The notes below the pieces were generated by a model. The model saw only the letters and a program-made list of their open reading frames with translations, did no database searches and was not told where the DNA came from. 64,000 nt of DNA from an uncultured Candidatus Saccharibacteria bacterium (lineage in GTDB: Bacteria; Patescibacteriota; WWE3; UBA101185; UBA10185): contig CAZXUJ010000001.1 in assembly GCA_964643995.1 (NCBI GenBank), positions 337,492 through 401,491 on the forward strand, in the 5' to 3' direction. The position numbers and the translations under genes were made by a program. Shown here piece by piece: positions 9,974 to 19,776 of this stretch. The stretch's first letter is position 1; each line of letters starts with the position of its first letter.

Positions 9974-10747
9974 ATGAAAGAAAAAGAACAGAATCGACAG
10001 AGTAACTGGATCCCTTGGGTTTTGGTAGGAGCTTTAGGGATGTTCATCATTATGAGGGCATTAGGAGGGGGGTTCAACCTACCAGCCACTACTGCTGGGG
10101 CGCAAACTGTGCCAGTAGTATATGTGGCACCAACCGCCACCTCCATTCCACAGGTAGTTGTGCAAGCCGCAGCAGATCCAATCGCACAACAAGAACTAGC
10201 ACCAGATGCCTCGGCTGGAAGCAACTCAACTAATGGACAAACAGGTGGGGAATCAGACTCAGGTGCCCTGACAAACGTAGATGGCAATAATGTCGGGGAC
10301 ACGATTGGAGGTGATCAAAACACAACTATCATCGTGAACGCACCAGTGGCAGAAGCCGCCGCATTGTTGGCACAAACAACAGACGTTGACGCCAATGCGA
10401 CCAACGGACAGCCGTTATTGCCATGCGCCAGGATGAACACAGTCGGATCGGGTCAGGTGCTATACACAGTCAAGGAATTTGAATCCATGACACAGCCCAT
10501 TGATCCCCGGACTTCGGCTGGAGAATTCCAGCGCATCGCTGAGGAACAAGGATCGGAAGCCACCGCGGCGAGGCCTGCCATGCAGTCTTGTCTTTTGACA
10601 GCAGAGGCTGTGGCGGAAACAGCGTGTGCCTTCGGTTACACATACGTACTGTTTCGCCCTGAGACGGGATTATCGGGATGGTTTTGGGTTGGCCCACAGC
10701 CACACGGCATCGCAATTGCGAATGCAGTAGTGGCTTGCGAAGGCTAA
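9974..10747 (+). CDS. Membrane-anchored/exported protein with low-complexity linker and Cys-containing C-terminal domain
   Basis: AAGGAG SD; N-terminal TM; A/T/Q/G-rich linker; four Cys in the C-terminal domain. Confidence 0.7.
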   Translation: MKEKEQNRQSNWIPWVLVGALGMFIIMRALGGGFNLPATTAGAQTVPVVYVAPTATSIPQVVVQAAADPIAQQELAPDASAGSNSTNGQTGGESDSGALTNVDGNNVGDTIGGDQNTTIIVNAPVAEAAALLAQTTDVDANATNGQPLLPCARMNTVGSGQVLYTVKEFESMTQPIDPRTSAGEFQRIAEEQGSEATAARPAMQSCLLTAEAVAETACAFGYTYVLFRPETGLSGWFWVGPQPHGIAIANAVVACEG

Positions 10748-10796
10748 CAGAAGTTGTTTTACAAGTTGAGATAGAGTAAAAAAAAGAGAATTCTAC

Positions 10797-10851
10797 GCCT
10801 AACACTTAGATCATAAATTTGCGAAAGCATAAATCTGAACTAGTGTTAGGC
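10797..10851. repeat. Imperfect inverted repeat (GCCTAACACT...AGTGTTAGGC) with apical GCGAAAGC
   Basis: 10-bp perfect outer arms; inner partial stem closed by a GAAA tetraloop. Confidence 0.7.
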
Positions 10852-10890
10852 ACTCTCCCTTAACCTTAGGCACTATGTTAAAATCATTCC

Positions 10891-11964
10891 ATGACTCCTG
10901 AGCCTTTGGATCCAAACAGATTCCATGTTTTAAATAGAAATCAGAAGGTATTGATTGGATCTGTTACTGCTTTTATATTTCTTGTTATTTTGCCGATGTT
11001 AAGCTTTGGCTACTATAAATTTGCCGTGTTAAGACCTAATCAAAAAACTGATGATACGACTTTTGAGATCGCTAGTGGCGAAAGTGTAGCGGAGATTGCA
11101 GGTAATTTGTATGCACAAGATGCCATTAATTCGGAGTTTTTGTTTAAAGTGTATGTTGTTTGGAACAAGCTAAATCTGCAAGCTGGCATTTACAACATTC
11201 CTGGAGGTGCATCTACGGATGAGGTTGCTAAACTACTTCAACATGGCACAAATGACAAAAGCATTACATTTATTGAGGGTTGGAGGGTTGAGGAATATGC
11301 CGATGCTGTAAGTGGTTATTTCAACAAAGTAGATTACGTAGAATTTGTGAAATTGGCACGTGAACATGAGGGCTATCTGTTTCCAGATACCTACTCATTT
11401 AGTGCAGAGGTAACTGTAAATGAAATGATTGAGGTTTTGAAACAAAACTTCGAGGCCAAAACTGCTAACATTTTTACTCCTGAGAAACTCGCAAAAGTGG
11501 GGTTAACCAAAGAACAAGTAATAATATTTGCATCTATCGTCGAGCGAGAGGTTAACACAGATGCAGATATGCCAATTGTTGCTGGAATACTTGTGAAACG
11601 TTGGAAAAACGGTGAACTTGTTGGAGCCGATGCAACAACACAGTATATAGTTGCAGCACACAGATATGGATGCGCCATTGGAACTCAGGAAGTATGCCCT
11701 AACGCAGAGGATATACCAAACATTAACTGGTGGCCACATGATTTAACACAAGAGGAGCTAGATACGGTAAACGAATACAACACACGGGAGGTGGTGGGAA
11801 TACCACCAAGACCGATTTCAAACCCTGGTCTTGAGAGTATAAATGCGGTGCTAAACCTGGAAGATACTACTTACAACTATTACCTTAACGACGAAGATGG
11901 AACTACACGTTATGCCCAAACTTTGGAAGAGCACAGCCTTAATATAGAGAAATACCTTAGGTAA
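10891..11964 (+). CDS. mltG: Endolytic transglycosylase MltG/YceG
   Basis: TFIEGW, EGYLFPDTY, ASIVERE, ADAT, YNT...GIPPRPISNPG. Confidence 0.95.
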   Translation: MTPEPLDPNRFHVLNRNQKVLIGSVTAFIFLVILPMLSFGYYKFAVLRPNQKTDDTTFEIASGESVAEIAGNLYAQDAINSEFLFKVYVVWNKLNLQAGIYNIPGGASTDEVAKLLQHGTNDKSITFIEGWRVEEYADAVSGYFNKVDYVEFVKLAREHEGYLFPDTYSFSAEVTVNEMIEVLKQNFEAKTANIFTPEKLAKVGLTKEQVIIFASIVEREVNTDADMPIVAGILVKRWKNGELVGADATTQYIVAAHRYGCAIGTQEVCPNAEDIPNINWWPHDLTQEELDTVNEYNTREVVGIPPRPISNPGLESINAVLNLEDTTYNYYLNDEDGTTRYAQTLEEHSLNIEKYLR

Positions 11965-12086
11965 AGCAAAATATCCTAGTCCAAAAAACCTTAGGAAACA
12001 ACAAAAAAATATTCGATTGAACTTCTGCAACGTCCCATAGTGGTATAACGGAAGTCTTATTGTCAAATGTTTTTGGAGGTATTCAG

Positions 12087-12386
12087 ATGAACTGGACACG
12101 AAAAGAATGGTTAGCTGTCGTAGTAATGATGGCTGGTTTGATGGCCATCTGGAATTTTTTTGGGACCACGGCAATGTTTCGGATTGGTGCCGCTGGTGTG
12201 GCCTTCATGGGGCTGGCGATCTTTTTAAAGGGCTACAAAGCCTTTAAACACCCCGAGGCAAGAAATGAGAATTGGAAAGTAAAAGACGATATGGAGTGGG
12301 GCAAAACAGCTATGATCGTAGGACTTGTCCTATGGGTGATCGCTGTAGTGCTTGCCCTATACGTCCCAATACTGTTCAATCTCTAG
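12087..12386 (+). CDS. Small three-TM membrane protein
   Basis: GGAGGT SD before ATG at 12087; three hydrophobic helices. Confidence 0.7.
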   Translation: MNWTRKEWLAVVVMMAGLMAIWNFFGTTAMFRIGAAGVAFMGLAIFLKGYKAFKHPEARNENWKVKDDMEWGKTAMIVGLVLWVIAVVLALYVPILFNL

Positions 12387-12387
12387 T

Positions 12388-12448
12388 GGCAGTGACGCTG
12401 TTTTGTTCAAATTTACAATATCGAACAACAACAAAACAGCGTCCTGCC
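12388..12448. terminator. Inverted repeat between convergent genes (probable bidirectional terminator)
   Basis: GACGCTGTTTTGTT (12394-12407) / AACAAAACAGCGTC (12430-12443), extended by GGCAG/CTGCC. Confidence 0.55.
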
Positions 12449-12462
12449 TAATCTCTTACACT

Positions 12463-12909
12463 TTAAAGATCGATTTCCAAACTTCTATCTATCAATTCTT
12501 TTGTAACAATAATCCCTGCATATTTATAAGCATCAACAGCAATCATAATTGGAATATCTGCCAATAGTGCTAAACATATAGCATCCGTGAGTTTAATGTC
12601 GATTTCAGACTCAGTTTCGCCAATTATTACCTTTAGATAAGTATAAAATACATCATCAAGATATTTATAAACGGTTATTCCGGTTATTTTAGCCCCAAGT
12701 GCTTTAATAGTTCTCAAATATGAATCATGTACATGAGGGCGAGAAAGGCGTATTTTTTGTTTGGCGAGCAGGATTGAATCGCACGACCACCGATTAACCT
12801 TATAAGGTACAAGTACCTTGAGACCATAATTAAACAAATAAACTGTAAACAATTCTTGTTTTTTATCTGCAGGCACGATAGCTAAAATATTAAACTCTAA
12901 TGAATTCAT
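12463..12909 (-). CDS. Bifunctional nuclease family (DUF151) protein
   Basis: RPHVHD, DVFYTYL, EIDIKLTDAICLAL..DIPI match the DUF151 pattern. Confidence 0.75.
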   Translation of the reverse strand: MNSLEFNILAIVPADKKQELFTVYLFNYGLKVLVPYKVNRWSCDSILLAKQKIRLSRPHVHDSYLRTIKALGAKITGITVYKYLDDVFYTYLKVIIGETESEIDIKLTDAICLALLADIPIMIAVDAYKYAGIIVTKELIDRSLEIDL

Positions 12910-12985
12910 AATACTTTCAATTACATATTTAAATGCTCTCGTGGTTGGGATTTTATATTAAGTTTTCATGTATAATTATTGTGTT

Positions 12986-13423
12986 ATGCTCAACCTGCTC
13001 AAAAATGCTCACGACAAAGCTGAAGGATTAGAAGGCACCCGACTAGCTATCGTCCTAGCTGTTACGTTTATCGTTTTCCTAGGGATAGGTGTCACTATTA
13101 ATTACTTTACTAACAGTTCATTAAATAATGATGAAATTTTTAACAATCGTGACAGAGATAAAGATGTAACAAAATATGTTGAGGAAACTTTTGAGGAAGG
13201 CATAATAACTTATGTGGACCCTAATTTTTATCCTAATGAAGGTATTTCATTTTACCTTGCAGATCACACTGGTAAGCAAATAATATTATTAAAAGCACTA
13301 GACCAAAAACTCGAGGTTTCAGAGGGCTTATCAGTAAAAGTATACGGGAAGAAAACCACGACCGCGGATAAGAAAAAAGATGTACTATTAGTTGAAAGAA
13401 TTGTTGTTAAAAACTCCAAATAA
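12986..13423 (+). CDS. Single-TM protein with OB-fold-like extracellular domain
   Basis: TM then beta-rich domain ending VKVYG...LLVERIVV; 3-bp gap to ftsE. Confidence 0.6.
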   Translation: MLNLLKNAHDKAEGLEGTRLAIVLAVTFIVFLGIGVTINYFTNSSLNNDEIFNNRDRDKDVTKYVEETFEEGIITYVDPNFYPNEGISFYLADHTGKQIILLKALDQKLEVSEGLSVKVYGKKTTTADKKKDVLLVERIVVKNSK

Positions 13424-13426
13424 TAT

Positions 13427-14110
13427 ATGGCACAGATTGAATATCAAAATATTACGAAAAGCTTCGAAAATGATTTTACTGCGGTAAATGACGTATCTTT
13501 CAACGTAGATCGTGGGGAGTTCATTTTTATAATTGGGCCATCTGGAGCAGGAAAATCTACCTTGGTTAAGATGCTGATTCGTGAGATAAAACCTGATGCA
13601 GGGCAAATACTGGTGGACGGGCAGAATATATTTGATGATGCTTCAATTGATCTTCCAAGCTTAAGAAGAGCAATTGGTGTAGTTTTTCAAGATTTTAAGG
13701 TTTTACCATCAAAAACTGTGTTTGAAAATGTTGCTGTAGCACTGGAGGTAGCAGACACTCCAAAGCACATTATCAAAGAGGTCGTACCTAATGTTTTAAA
13801 CTTGGTTGGCCTTCAGAATAAGAGCGATGTGCTTTCTTATAAATTGTCTGGTGGAGAAAAGCAAAGATTAACAATTGCGCGAGCCTTAGCACACGAACCA
13901 AATGTTTTGGTTGCTGATGAACCTACAGGGATGATAGATCCACGCGCTGCTGAAGAAGTTATGAATATTTTGTTAAAAGTTAATTCTCTGGGCACTACAG
14001 TAATGATGGCTACACATAACGAACAAATTGTTAACGAGCTCAAAAAAAGAGTCATACGCGTCGAACAAGGAAAAATAGTATCAGACATAAAAAAAGGAAA
14101 ATATGTTTAA
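13427..14110 (+). CDS. ftsE: Cell division ABC ATPase FtsE
   Basis: GPSGAGKS, VVFQDF, LSGGEKQR, ADEPTG, MATH. Confidence 0.95.
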   Translation: MAQIEYQNITKSFENDFTAVNDVSFNVDRGEFIFIIGPSGAGKSTLVKMLIREIKPDAGQILVDGQNIFDDASIDLPSLRRAIGVVFQDFKVLPSKTVFENVAVALEVADTPKHIIKEVVPNVLNLVGLQNKSDVLSYKLSGGEKQRLTIARALAHEPNVLVADEPTGMIDPRAAEEVMNILLKVNSLGTTVMMATHNEQIVNELKKRVIRVEQGKIVSDIKKGKYV

Positions 14111-14969
14111 TAATCTGAAAAAAGAAAAGTTGTTGGCAATTTCAAACATTTCAGTGATGACACTAACCTTTTTAATTCTTGGGCTCTTCGTAAGCATAGT
14201 CGCACTATCGCAAACCGCCTTACGTAATCTTGAAAAGCAGGCTCAAGTTACCTTATTTTTTAAGGACGACTTTCCAGAACCTAACATTTTAGAACTAAAA
14301 ACGAGGTTGGAATCGGATGAAAGGGTTTCTTCGATTAAATATGTCTCAAAAGAGGATGCTTTTGTACTTTTTACTGAGCTAAACAAGGACGATCCAATTC
14401 TTCTAGAGTCAATTTCTGCAAGTATACTACCCGCTAGTTTAGAGATAAGAACACGCAAATTGGATGAGCTCCCAGTGTTAGCTGAAGAGCTAAGCACAAT
14501 CGATGGAGTTGAGGAAGTAAAATATTTTAAGGACGTTATAGAAGCATTCAGGTTTTGGAGTGGGTTTGCCTACACAGTGGGCTTCACAATGGTAGCTGCA
14601 TTTATTTTAATCTCCTTCGCAGTAATCATGATCACATTAAGGCTTACGATCAATTCAAAAGGTACGGAGTTAGAAATCCTCAAGCTTGTAGGCGCCTCTA
14701 ACGAGTATGTTAAGAAGCCTCTTATAAAACAGAGTGTAACTTTTGGAATAGTTTCAGCATTAATAGCGTCATCAATATTATTTTTGCTTGCGGTAATATT
14801 GCAATTAACCGGAGCCTTCACGGGAAAGATCGCTTTGGGATTTTTACCAGACGTTTTGATAAGTACAACTATTTTTACGTTACTTTTGAGCTTTGTACTT
14901 ATTGCGTCCGGTTTTACCCTAGGGTATTTTGGTAGTATCACAGCAATCAGAAAATATCTTAATTACTAA
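14103..14969 (+). CDS. ftsX: Cell division permease FtsX
   Basis: YVSKEDA, LPASLEI, ILKLVGAS..YVKKP; four TMs; overlaps ftsE. Confidence 0.9.
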   Translation: MFNNLKKEKLLAISNISVMTLTFLILGLFVSIVALSQTALRNLEKQAQVTLFFKDDFPEPNILELKTRLESDERVSSIKYVSKEDAFVLFTELNKDDPILLESISASILPASLEIRTRKLDELPVLAEELSTIDGVEEVKYFKDVIEAFRFWSGFAYTVGFTMVAAFILISFAVIMITLRLTINSKGTELEILKLVGASNEYVKKPLIKQSVTFGIVSALIASSILFLLAVILQLTGAFTGKIALGFLPDVLISTTIFTLLLSFVLIASGFTLGYFGSITAIRKYLNY

Positions 14970-14971
14970 TT

Positions 14972-16231
14972 ATGAAGATTAAAAGACTGCTTATAGTGTT
15001 AATACTGATGGTACCTTTTTTGGTTTATTTAAACCCAAACGTTGCAGCCCATATTGGGGGAACTGAAGAAGAAGGGGATGACTCCGAAGTAGTAGAGAAT
15101 CTAGAAGAAAAAATTGAGGAATTAGAAAAAAAGCTAGCAGAAACAAAAAGCAAAGGAGCCTCCTTACAAAGAGAAATCGATTCATTTAACTCACAGATTC
15201 AGCTAACAGAGCTCAGAATTCAACAATCGCTAAACGAAATACAAAAAAAAGAAAAAGAGATAGTCAAACTTGGTGGTGACATTGATGATCTTAAGGGCAG
15301 AATAGTTAAGCTTAGTGACTCAATTGGGCAACAAGAGGAAATCCTAAACGAGAGATTGAGGGCACGGTATAAAACCAAGGAAAATTCTCCAGTAGTAGTT
15401 TTATTCGGTTCCGACACCATAAATCAAATCATTCAAAAATCTGAATATCTACGTGTGATGGAAAAGCAAGATAAAAGACTGCTAGACCAGATGAATAAGA
15501 CAAAAAGCGCATATGGGTTACAAAAGGACCTGTTTGAAGACAAAAAGGAAAAGGAGGAAACTCTAAAAACCCAGTTGGTAGCTGAGAAGGCCAGCTTGGA
15601 GCAATACGAAAGTGATTTAGAAAGACAAAAAAGTGAAAAGGACTCGCTATTACAAAGAACACAAAATGATGAGGCAAAATTTCAGGAACAGCTCGCAGAT
15701 GCCCAAAGAGAGCTAAATCAGATACTTACAGCAGTTAGCGTCCTAAAAAATCAGGAACCTAGAGATGTTGAACGGGGGGAACTTATCGGAATACAGGGAA
15801 ATACAGGCTTTTCATCAGGAGAACATCTTCATTTTGGTGTTTATAGGTATTCCTCGTTCGAAGATATAACGGGATGGAACTGGTATTACTCTAATCATGT
15901 CAACCCTTCAAAGAAACTGGAAAGTCGTGATGTATATTGGAATACTGGTTGTGAATCATCAGGTACCCGCGAGGTTGGTGAAGGTGATTGGGATTGGCCA
16001 ATAAAAAATCCAACAATTTCACAAGGTTATGGGTATACGTGCTATTCAAATAGCTTCTATAACGGCAATCCGCATCCCGCATACGACATGTATGGGGCCT
16101 ATGGATCACCTGTATATGCAGTTGACGATGGAAAAGCTTATTTTTGCGAAAATTGTCTAGGGGATGGTGCGAACGGTGTGTTTATCTTTCATGACGATGA
16201 CTATATGACGGTATATTGGCATCTGCGTTAG
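14972..16231 (+). CDS. Coiled-coil M23 peptidase-family protein (EnvC/PcsB-like), circularly permuted M23 domain
   Basis: Signal peptide, long coiled coil, then GNTGFSSGEHLHF followed by HPAYD and a terminal YWHLR. Confidence 0.8.
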   Translation: MKIKRLLIVLILMVPFLVYLNPNVAAHIGGTEEEGDDSEVVENLEEKIEELEKKLAETKSKGASLQREIDSFNSQIQLTELRIQQSLNEIQKKEKEIVKLGGDIDDLKGRIVKLSDSIGQQEEILNERLRARYKTKENSPVVVLFGSDTINQIIQKSEYLRVMEKQDKRLLDQMNKTKSAYGLQKDLFEDKKEKEETLKTQLVAEKASLEQYESDLERQKSEKDSLLQRTQNDEAKFQEQLADAQRELNQILTAVSVLKNQEPRDVERGELIGIQGNTGFSSGEHLHFGVYRYSSFEDITGWNWYYSNHVNPSKKLESRDVYWNTGCESSGTREVGEGDWDWPIKNPTISQGYGYTCYSNSFYNGNPHPAYDMYGAYGSPVYAVDDGKAYFCENCLGDGANGVFIFHDDDYMTVYWHLR

Positions 16232-16291
16232 GTCTATTTTTACTAGAAAAAACGTTTTGATATTTTTTCTCCTCCAGAGTTTAATGGTTAT

Positions 16292-16729
16292 ATGAAAATG
16301 ATCATTCTCTTTCTTTTAGCAGCAATGTTAACAACACCTCAAACATATGCTAGTGAGATAAAAATTGGCATAAAAAAAAATGTCATGAATTTTGATAACG
16401 AGATTTTCACTAGCGTCGCAGGCGAATTTGAAACAAACAGATATGTTATCAGGCCAATAGAGGAACGCGGCGTATATATAGAAGTGTATGACGGAAACAA
16501 AAACATATGGGAGTCTAACTCAAGCTTATGGAATGAACAGGTACTTATAGAAAACATGAAAAAGATAAAATTTCGTGATAAACCTGACGAGATGTTTAGA
16601 GTTTATTTTGAATTACTTGATCTTAAGACTAGCAACAAATACGTTTCAACAAAGATACCAATTTTTTCCAACAAAGAGGAGATTAACTTCTTGAACGCAC
16701 TTAACCAAAACCTCAAAAACTCTGATTGA
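16292..16729 (+). CDS. Secreted hypothetical protein
   Basis: Sec signal peptide (MKMIILFLLAAML...YA). Confidence 0.6.
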   Translation: MKMIILFLLAAMLTTPQTYASEIKIGIKKNVMNFDNEIFTSVAGEFETNRYVIRPIEERGVYIEVYDGNKNIWESNSSLWNEQVLIENMKKIKFRDKPDEMFRVYFELLDLKTSNKYVSTKIPIFSNKEEINFLNALNQNLKNSD

Positions 16730-16748
16730 AAAATGTTAAAATCAAAAC

Positions 16749-17108
16749 ATGAAGTGGGCTCCAGCAATAGTAATGTGCGTCATAATATTTGCAATTTCCT
16801 CGATACATGGAAACACAGTTAATAGTATAGGTTTGGGGAGAGAGAGCTATCATATTAATGGACACTTTGTTTTGTACATGTTGTTATGTATAGGGTTTTT
16901 CAAGGCCACGAAAATTTATATAGGGGCAACGGTTCTCTCTGGGTTATATGCGCTGAGTGACGAGTTTCATCAAACTTTCGTGCCTGGAAGATCTTGGGAG
17001 AACTTTGACCTTATGGTAGATGGTTTAGGAATAGCATTAGCTATAGTAATAGTATGGAAAATAATACATACACAATCGAACAAGTTAAAAAATTGGCTAC
17101 TGAGTTAG
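16749..17108 (+). CDS. VanZ-like membrane protein
   Basis: H..LY, YALSDEFHQTFVPGR, DLMVDGLG. Confidence 0.9.
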   Translation: MKWAPAIVMCVIIFAISSIHGNTVNSIGLGRESYHINGHFVLYMLLCIGFFKATKIYIGATVLSGLYALSDEFHQTFVPGRSWENFDLMVDGLGIALAIVIVWKIIHTQSNKLKNWLLS

Positions 17109-17497
17109 CTAGAGACATAAGACCTCAGGATGTGTTAGCGCTGTATGGTGATTTAGGAAGTGGAAAAACAACTTTTACGAATTATTTGGTGCAAGCACTT
17201 GGTTTCAAAGATCGGGTGCAAAGCCCAACATTTGTACTTTTACGTAGATATACAGAGACACCCGAAAGTAACGAGAACAATATACACGTAATTAACCACC
17301 TAGATCTGTATCGACTGAATGACAGTGGTGACCTTCATGAGCTCGGACTTAACGAGATAGTTGAGGAGCCTGCTACAATAACAATAATTGAGTGGCCAGG
17401 TATAGCAGAAAATTTGCTATCAAAAAACACAAAAAAAATATTTTTTGAGTACATAGATGAAAAAACAAGAAAAATCAAAATACATAATAAAAATTAA
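17054..17497 (+). CDS. tsaE: t6A biosynthesis ATPase TsaE
   Basis: GDLGSGKTTF, VQSPTF, HLDLYRL, IIEW. Confidence 0.95.
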   Translation: MENNTYTIEQVKKLATELARDIRPQDVLALYGDLGSGKTTFTNYLVQALGFKDRVQSPTFVLLRRYTETPESNENNIHVINHLDLYRLNDSGDLHELGLNEIVEEPATITIIEWPGIAENLLSKNTKKIFFEYIDEKTRKIKIHNKN

Positions 17498-17798
17498 CAC
17501 TATAGAGAGGCATATAAAAGTGATAGAACTTGTTGAGATAAGTGAAGGAAAAGAACAGCTGATTGATAAGATAGAGGGTAATTTTGATGTGGTCAACGAA
17601 ATTAAAAAACTGCTAGTAAAAAATAAGCTTCGCCCTGAAAAAATATATGAGTATATTCCCAATGTTGGACCCGGAACCTCTTTCACGGGCACAAAAGTAG
17701 GAGTTACAGTCGCTAACGTAATCAACTGGGCATTGGGGAAAAAGAAGCTGGATGAACTTTACAACCCAATTTATATCTCAGAACCTAATATTGGTTAG
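17457..17798 (+). CDS. tsaB: Minimal TsaB-like protein (N-terminal half only); start uncertain
   Basis: GPGTSFTGTKVGVTVAN resembles the TsaB GPGSFTGLR motif; follows tsaE. Confidence 0.7.
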   Translation: MKKQEKSKYIIKINTIERHIKVIELVEISEGKEQLIDKIEGNFDVVNEIKKLLVKNKLRPEKIYEYIPNVGPGTSFTGTKVGVTVANVINWALGKKKLDELYNPIYISEPNIG

Positions 17799-17822
17799 GA
17801 GATGTGGTAAAATGTCGTTGCT

Positions 17823-18791
17823 ATGAAAGTTTTAGTTACTGGAGCTGCAGGCTTTATAGGCTCAAACCTTTGTGAATATCTACTATCTAATAATCACGAG
17901 GTTATAGGTCTGGATAATTTTAACAACTATTACAGTCCAAAAATAAAAGAATATAACATAAAGAGCTTCTCAACAGATAAACACTTTAAGCTGTATAGAA
18001 ATGATTTACTGGATAATGACACCTTAACTACGTTATTTGAAGATGAAAAACCCGAGGCTATAGTACATTTAGCCGCATGGGCAGGTGTTACCAGGTCATT
18101 AAAGGAACCGGTTACCTACGTAAGAAACAATCTCGAAGCCACAGTTAATTTAGCTGAGTTAGCGGTAAAATATGGAATTAAAAGCTTCGTGCTAGCATCT
18201 ACCTCATCGATATATGGCGATAATCCAACACCTTTCACTGAAGACATGACCACAGATCATCCTCTAGCACCCTACCCTGCTACAAAAAAAGCATGTGAAG
18301 TTATGCTGAGTACCTACCATAGAAATTTTGGATTAAATGTCACAATATTTAGAATTTTTAATCCTTTAGGACCAAGACAAAGACCCGATTTAGCACTATC
18401 TATACTAATAAGGTCTTGCTTATATGAGGACGTGGCTTTTCATAAATACCAAACAGGTACTGGGCGAGACTATACATATGTAAAACACATGCTAGAGGCC
18501 ATGGAACATGTAATAAAAAAGCCTTTAGGGTATGAAATTCTAAACTTGGGTAATTCGAAACCAGTAATCCTCGAGGACATGATTGCTACTATAGCCAAAG
18601 TTACTGGGAAAGAACCTCGCATAATCGAAGCTGAAAAACGTCAGGGCGAGATGGAACTTACCTATGCCAACGTCGAAAAAGCTAAAAATATGATAAACTA
18701 CAACCCGTCTACGACCATTGAAGAAAGTATTAGAATTTATTATGAATGGTTTCTTGCCCAAGAAGAGTGGTATAAGAAAGGACAATATTAA
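17823..18791 (+). CDS. NAD-dependent epimerase/dehydratase (UDP-glucuronate 4-epimerase-like)
   Basis: TGAAGFIG, HLAAWAGV, YPATK, RQRPD, RDYTY. Confidence 0.9.
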   Translation: MKVLVTGAAGFIGSNLCEYLLSNNHEVIGLDNFNNYYSPKIKEYNIKSFSTDKHFKLYRNDLLDNDTLTTLFEDEKPEAIVHLAAWAGVTRSLKEPVTYVRNNLEATVNLAELAVKYGIKSFVLASTSSIYGDNPTPFTEDMTTDHPLAPYPATKKACEVMLSTYHRNFGLNVTIFRIFNPLGPRQRPDLALSILIRSCLYEDVAFHKYQTGTGRDYTYVKHMLEAMEHVIKKPLGYEILNLGNSKPVILEDMIATIAKVTGKEPRIIEAEKRQGEMELTYANVEKAKNMINYNPSTTIEESIRIYYEWFLAQEEWYKKGQY

Positions 18792-19768
18792 TGTCAGAAA
18801 ATAAACACAGAAAACTAGTCTCTATTGTACTTCCTTGTTATAACGAGGAAAAAAACATAAACAGGATGTTTGATCAGATAGCGGATGTTATGAAAAATCA
18901 TGCCTACGATTACGAAATCATTGCAGTAAACGACGGTAGTAAGGACAACACATGGAATGTTATCAGTGAGTATTCAGCAAAAGATTCAAAAATAGTAGGT
19001 ATAAATCTGATGGGAAATTTTGGACAGAGCAGTGCATACATGGCTGGATTTGATAATGCCTCGGGTGACTATGTTATAACCTTTAATGCTGATTTAGAGC
19101 TTCCAACAGAAAGTTTGATCCAGGTAATAAATTACCTGGATCAAGGGTATGATTTTGTAAACGCACATAGGACAGATCGATGGAGTGCGGAAAAAGCTGC
19201 AAGACAAGTGAAAAGCGGTTATGCCAATAAAATAATTACTGCTATATCGGGAATCGATATGAAAGATCGAGGGTCAGGGCTCAAAGGTTACAAAAAATAC
19301 CTTTTACAAAATCTTAGATTGTACGGAGAAATGCACCGATTTATACCCGATTATCTCTCGGTGTATAGACCAAAAATGATCGAGTTCGAAGTTAAGTTCA
19401 AAGATCGTGACTACGGAGAATCTGCATATAAAGGCAACAAGAGAACCATTAAAGTTTTACTAGACTTGATAACATTGGCATTTATGCTTTCATTTGCACA
19501 TAAGCCATTCAAAATGATGCCAGGGAGGCTTTTTAGTTTTACGGGGGCTTTAATCTCTGGAGCCGGATTTTTAGGACTAGGGTACCTTACTATATTGAAG
19601 TTGATGGGAGAAAGTATCGGGGGGAGACCTTTGTTGATACTCTCGGCGCTGTTGGTAATAGTCGGTATTCAGTCAGTAATGATGGGCTTAATTGGCGAAC
19701 TTATGATGAGAACTTACTTTGAAGCATCCGGTAGAAAAACTTACGCAATAAGAGAAAAAACCAACTAA
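18791..19768 (+). CDS. GT2 glycosyltransferase (ArnC/GtrB-like, C-terminal TMs)
   Basis: PCYNEE, VNDGSKD, NFGQS, LYGEMHRFIP; two C-terminal TMs. Confidence 0.9.
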   Translation: MSENKHRKLVSIVLPCYNEEKNINRMFDQIADVMKNHAYDYEIIAVNDGSKDNTWNVISEYSAKDSKIVGINLMGNFGQSSAYMAGFDNASGDYVITFNADLELPTESLIQVINYLDQGYDFVNAHRTDRWSAEKAARQVKSGYANKIITAISGIDMKDRGSGLKGYKKYLLQNLRLYGEMHRFIPDYLSVYRPKMIEFEVKFKDRDYGESAYKGNKRTIKVLLDLITLAFMLSFAHKPFKMMPGRLFSFTGALISGAGFLGLGYLTILKLMGESIGGRPLLILSALLVIVGIQSVMMGLIGELMMRTYFEASGRKTYAIREKTN

Positions 19769-19776
19769 AGTCCTTG

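Noticed and set aside
9621-9977. 118-aa ORF on the + strand
   Set aside because: Antisense shadow of the RNase P RNA gene
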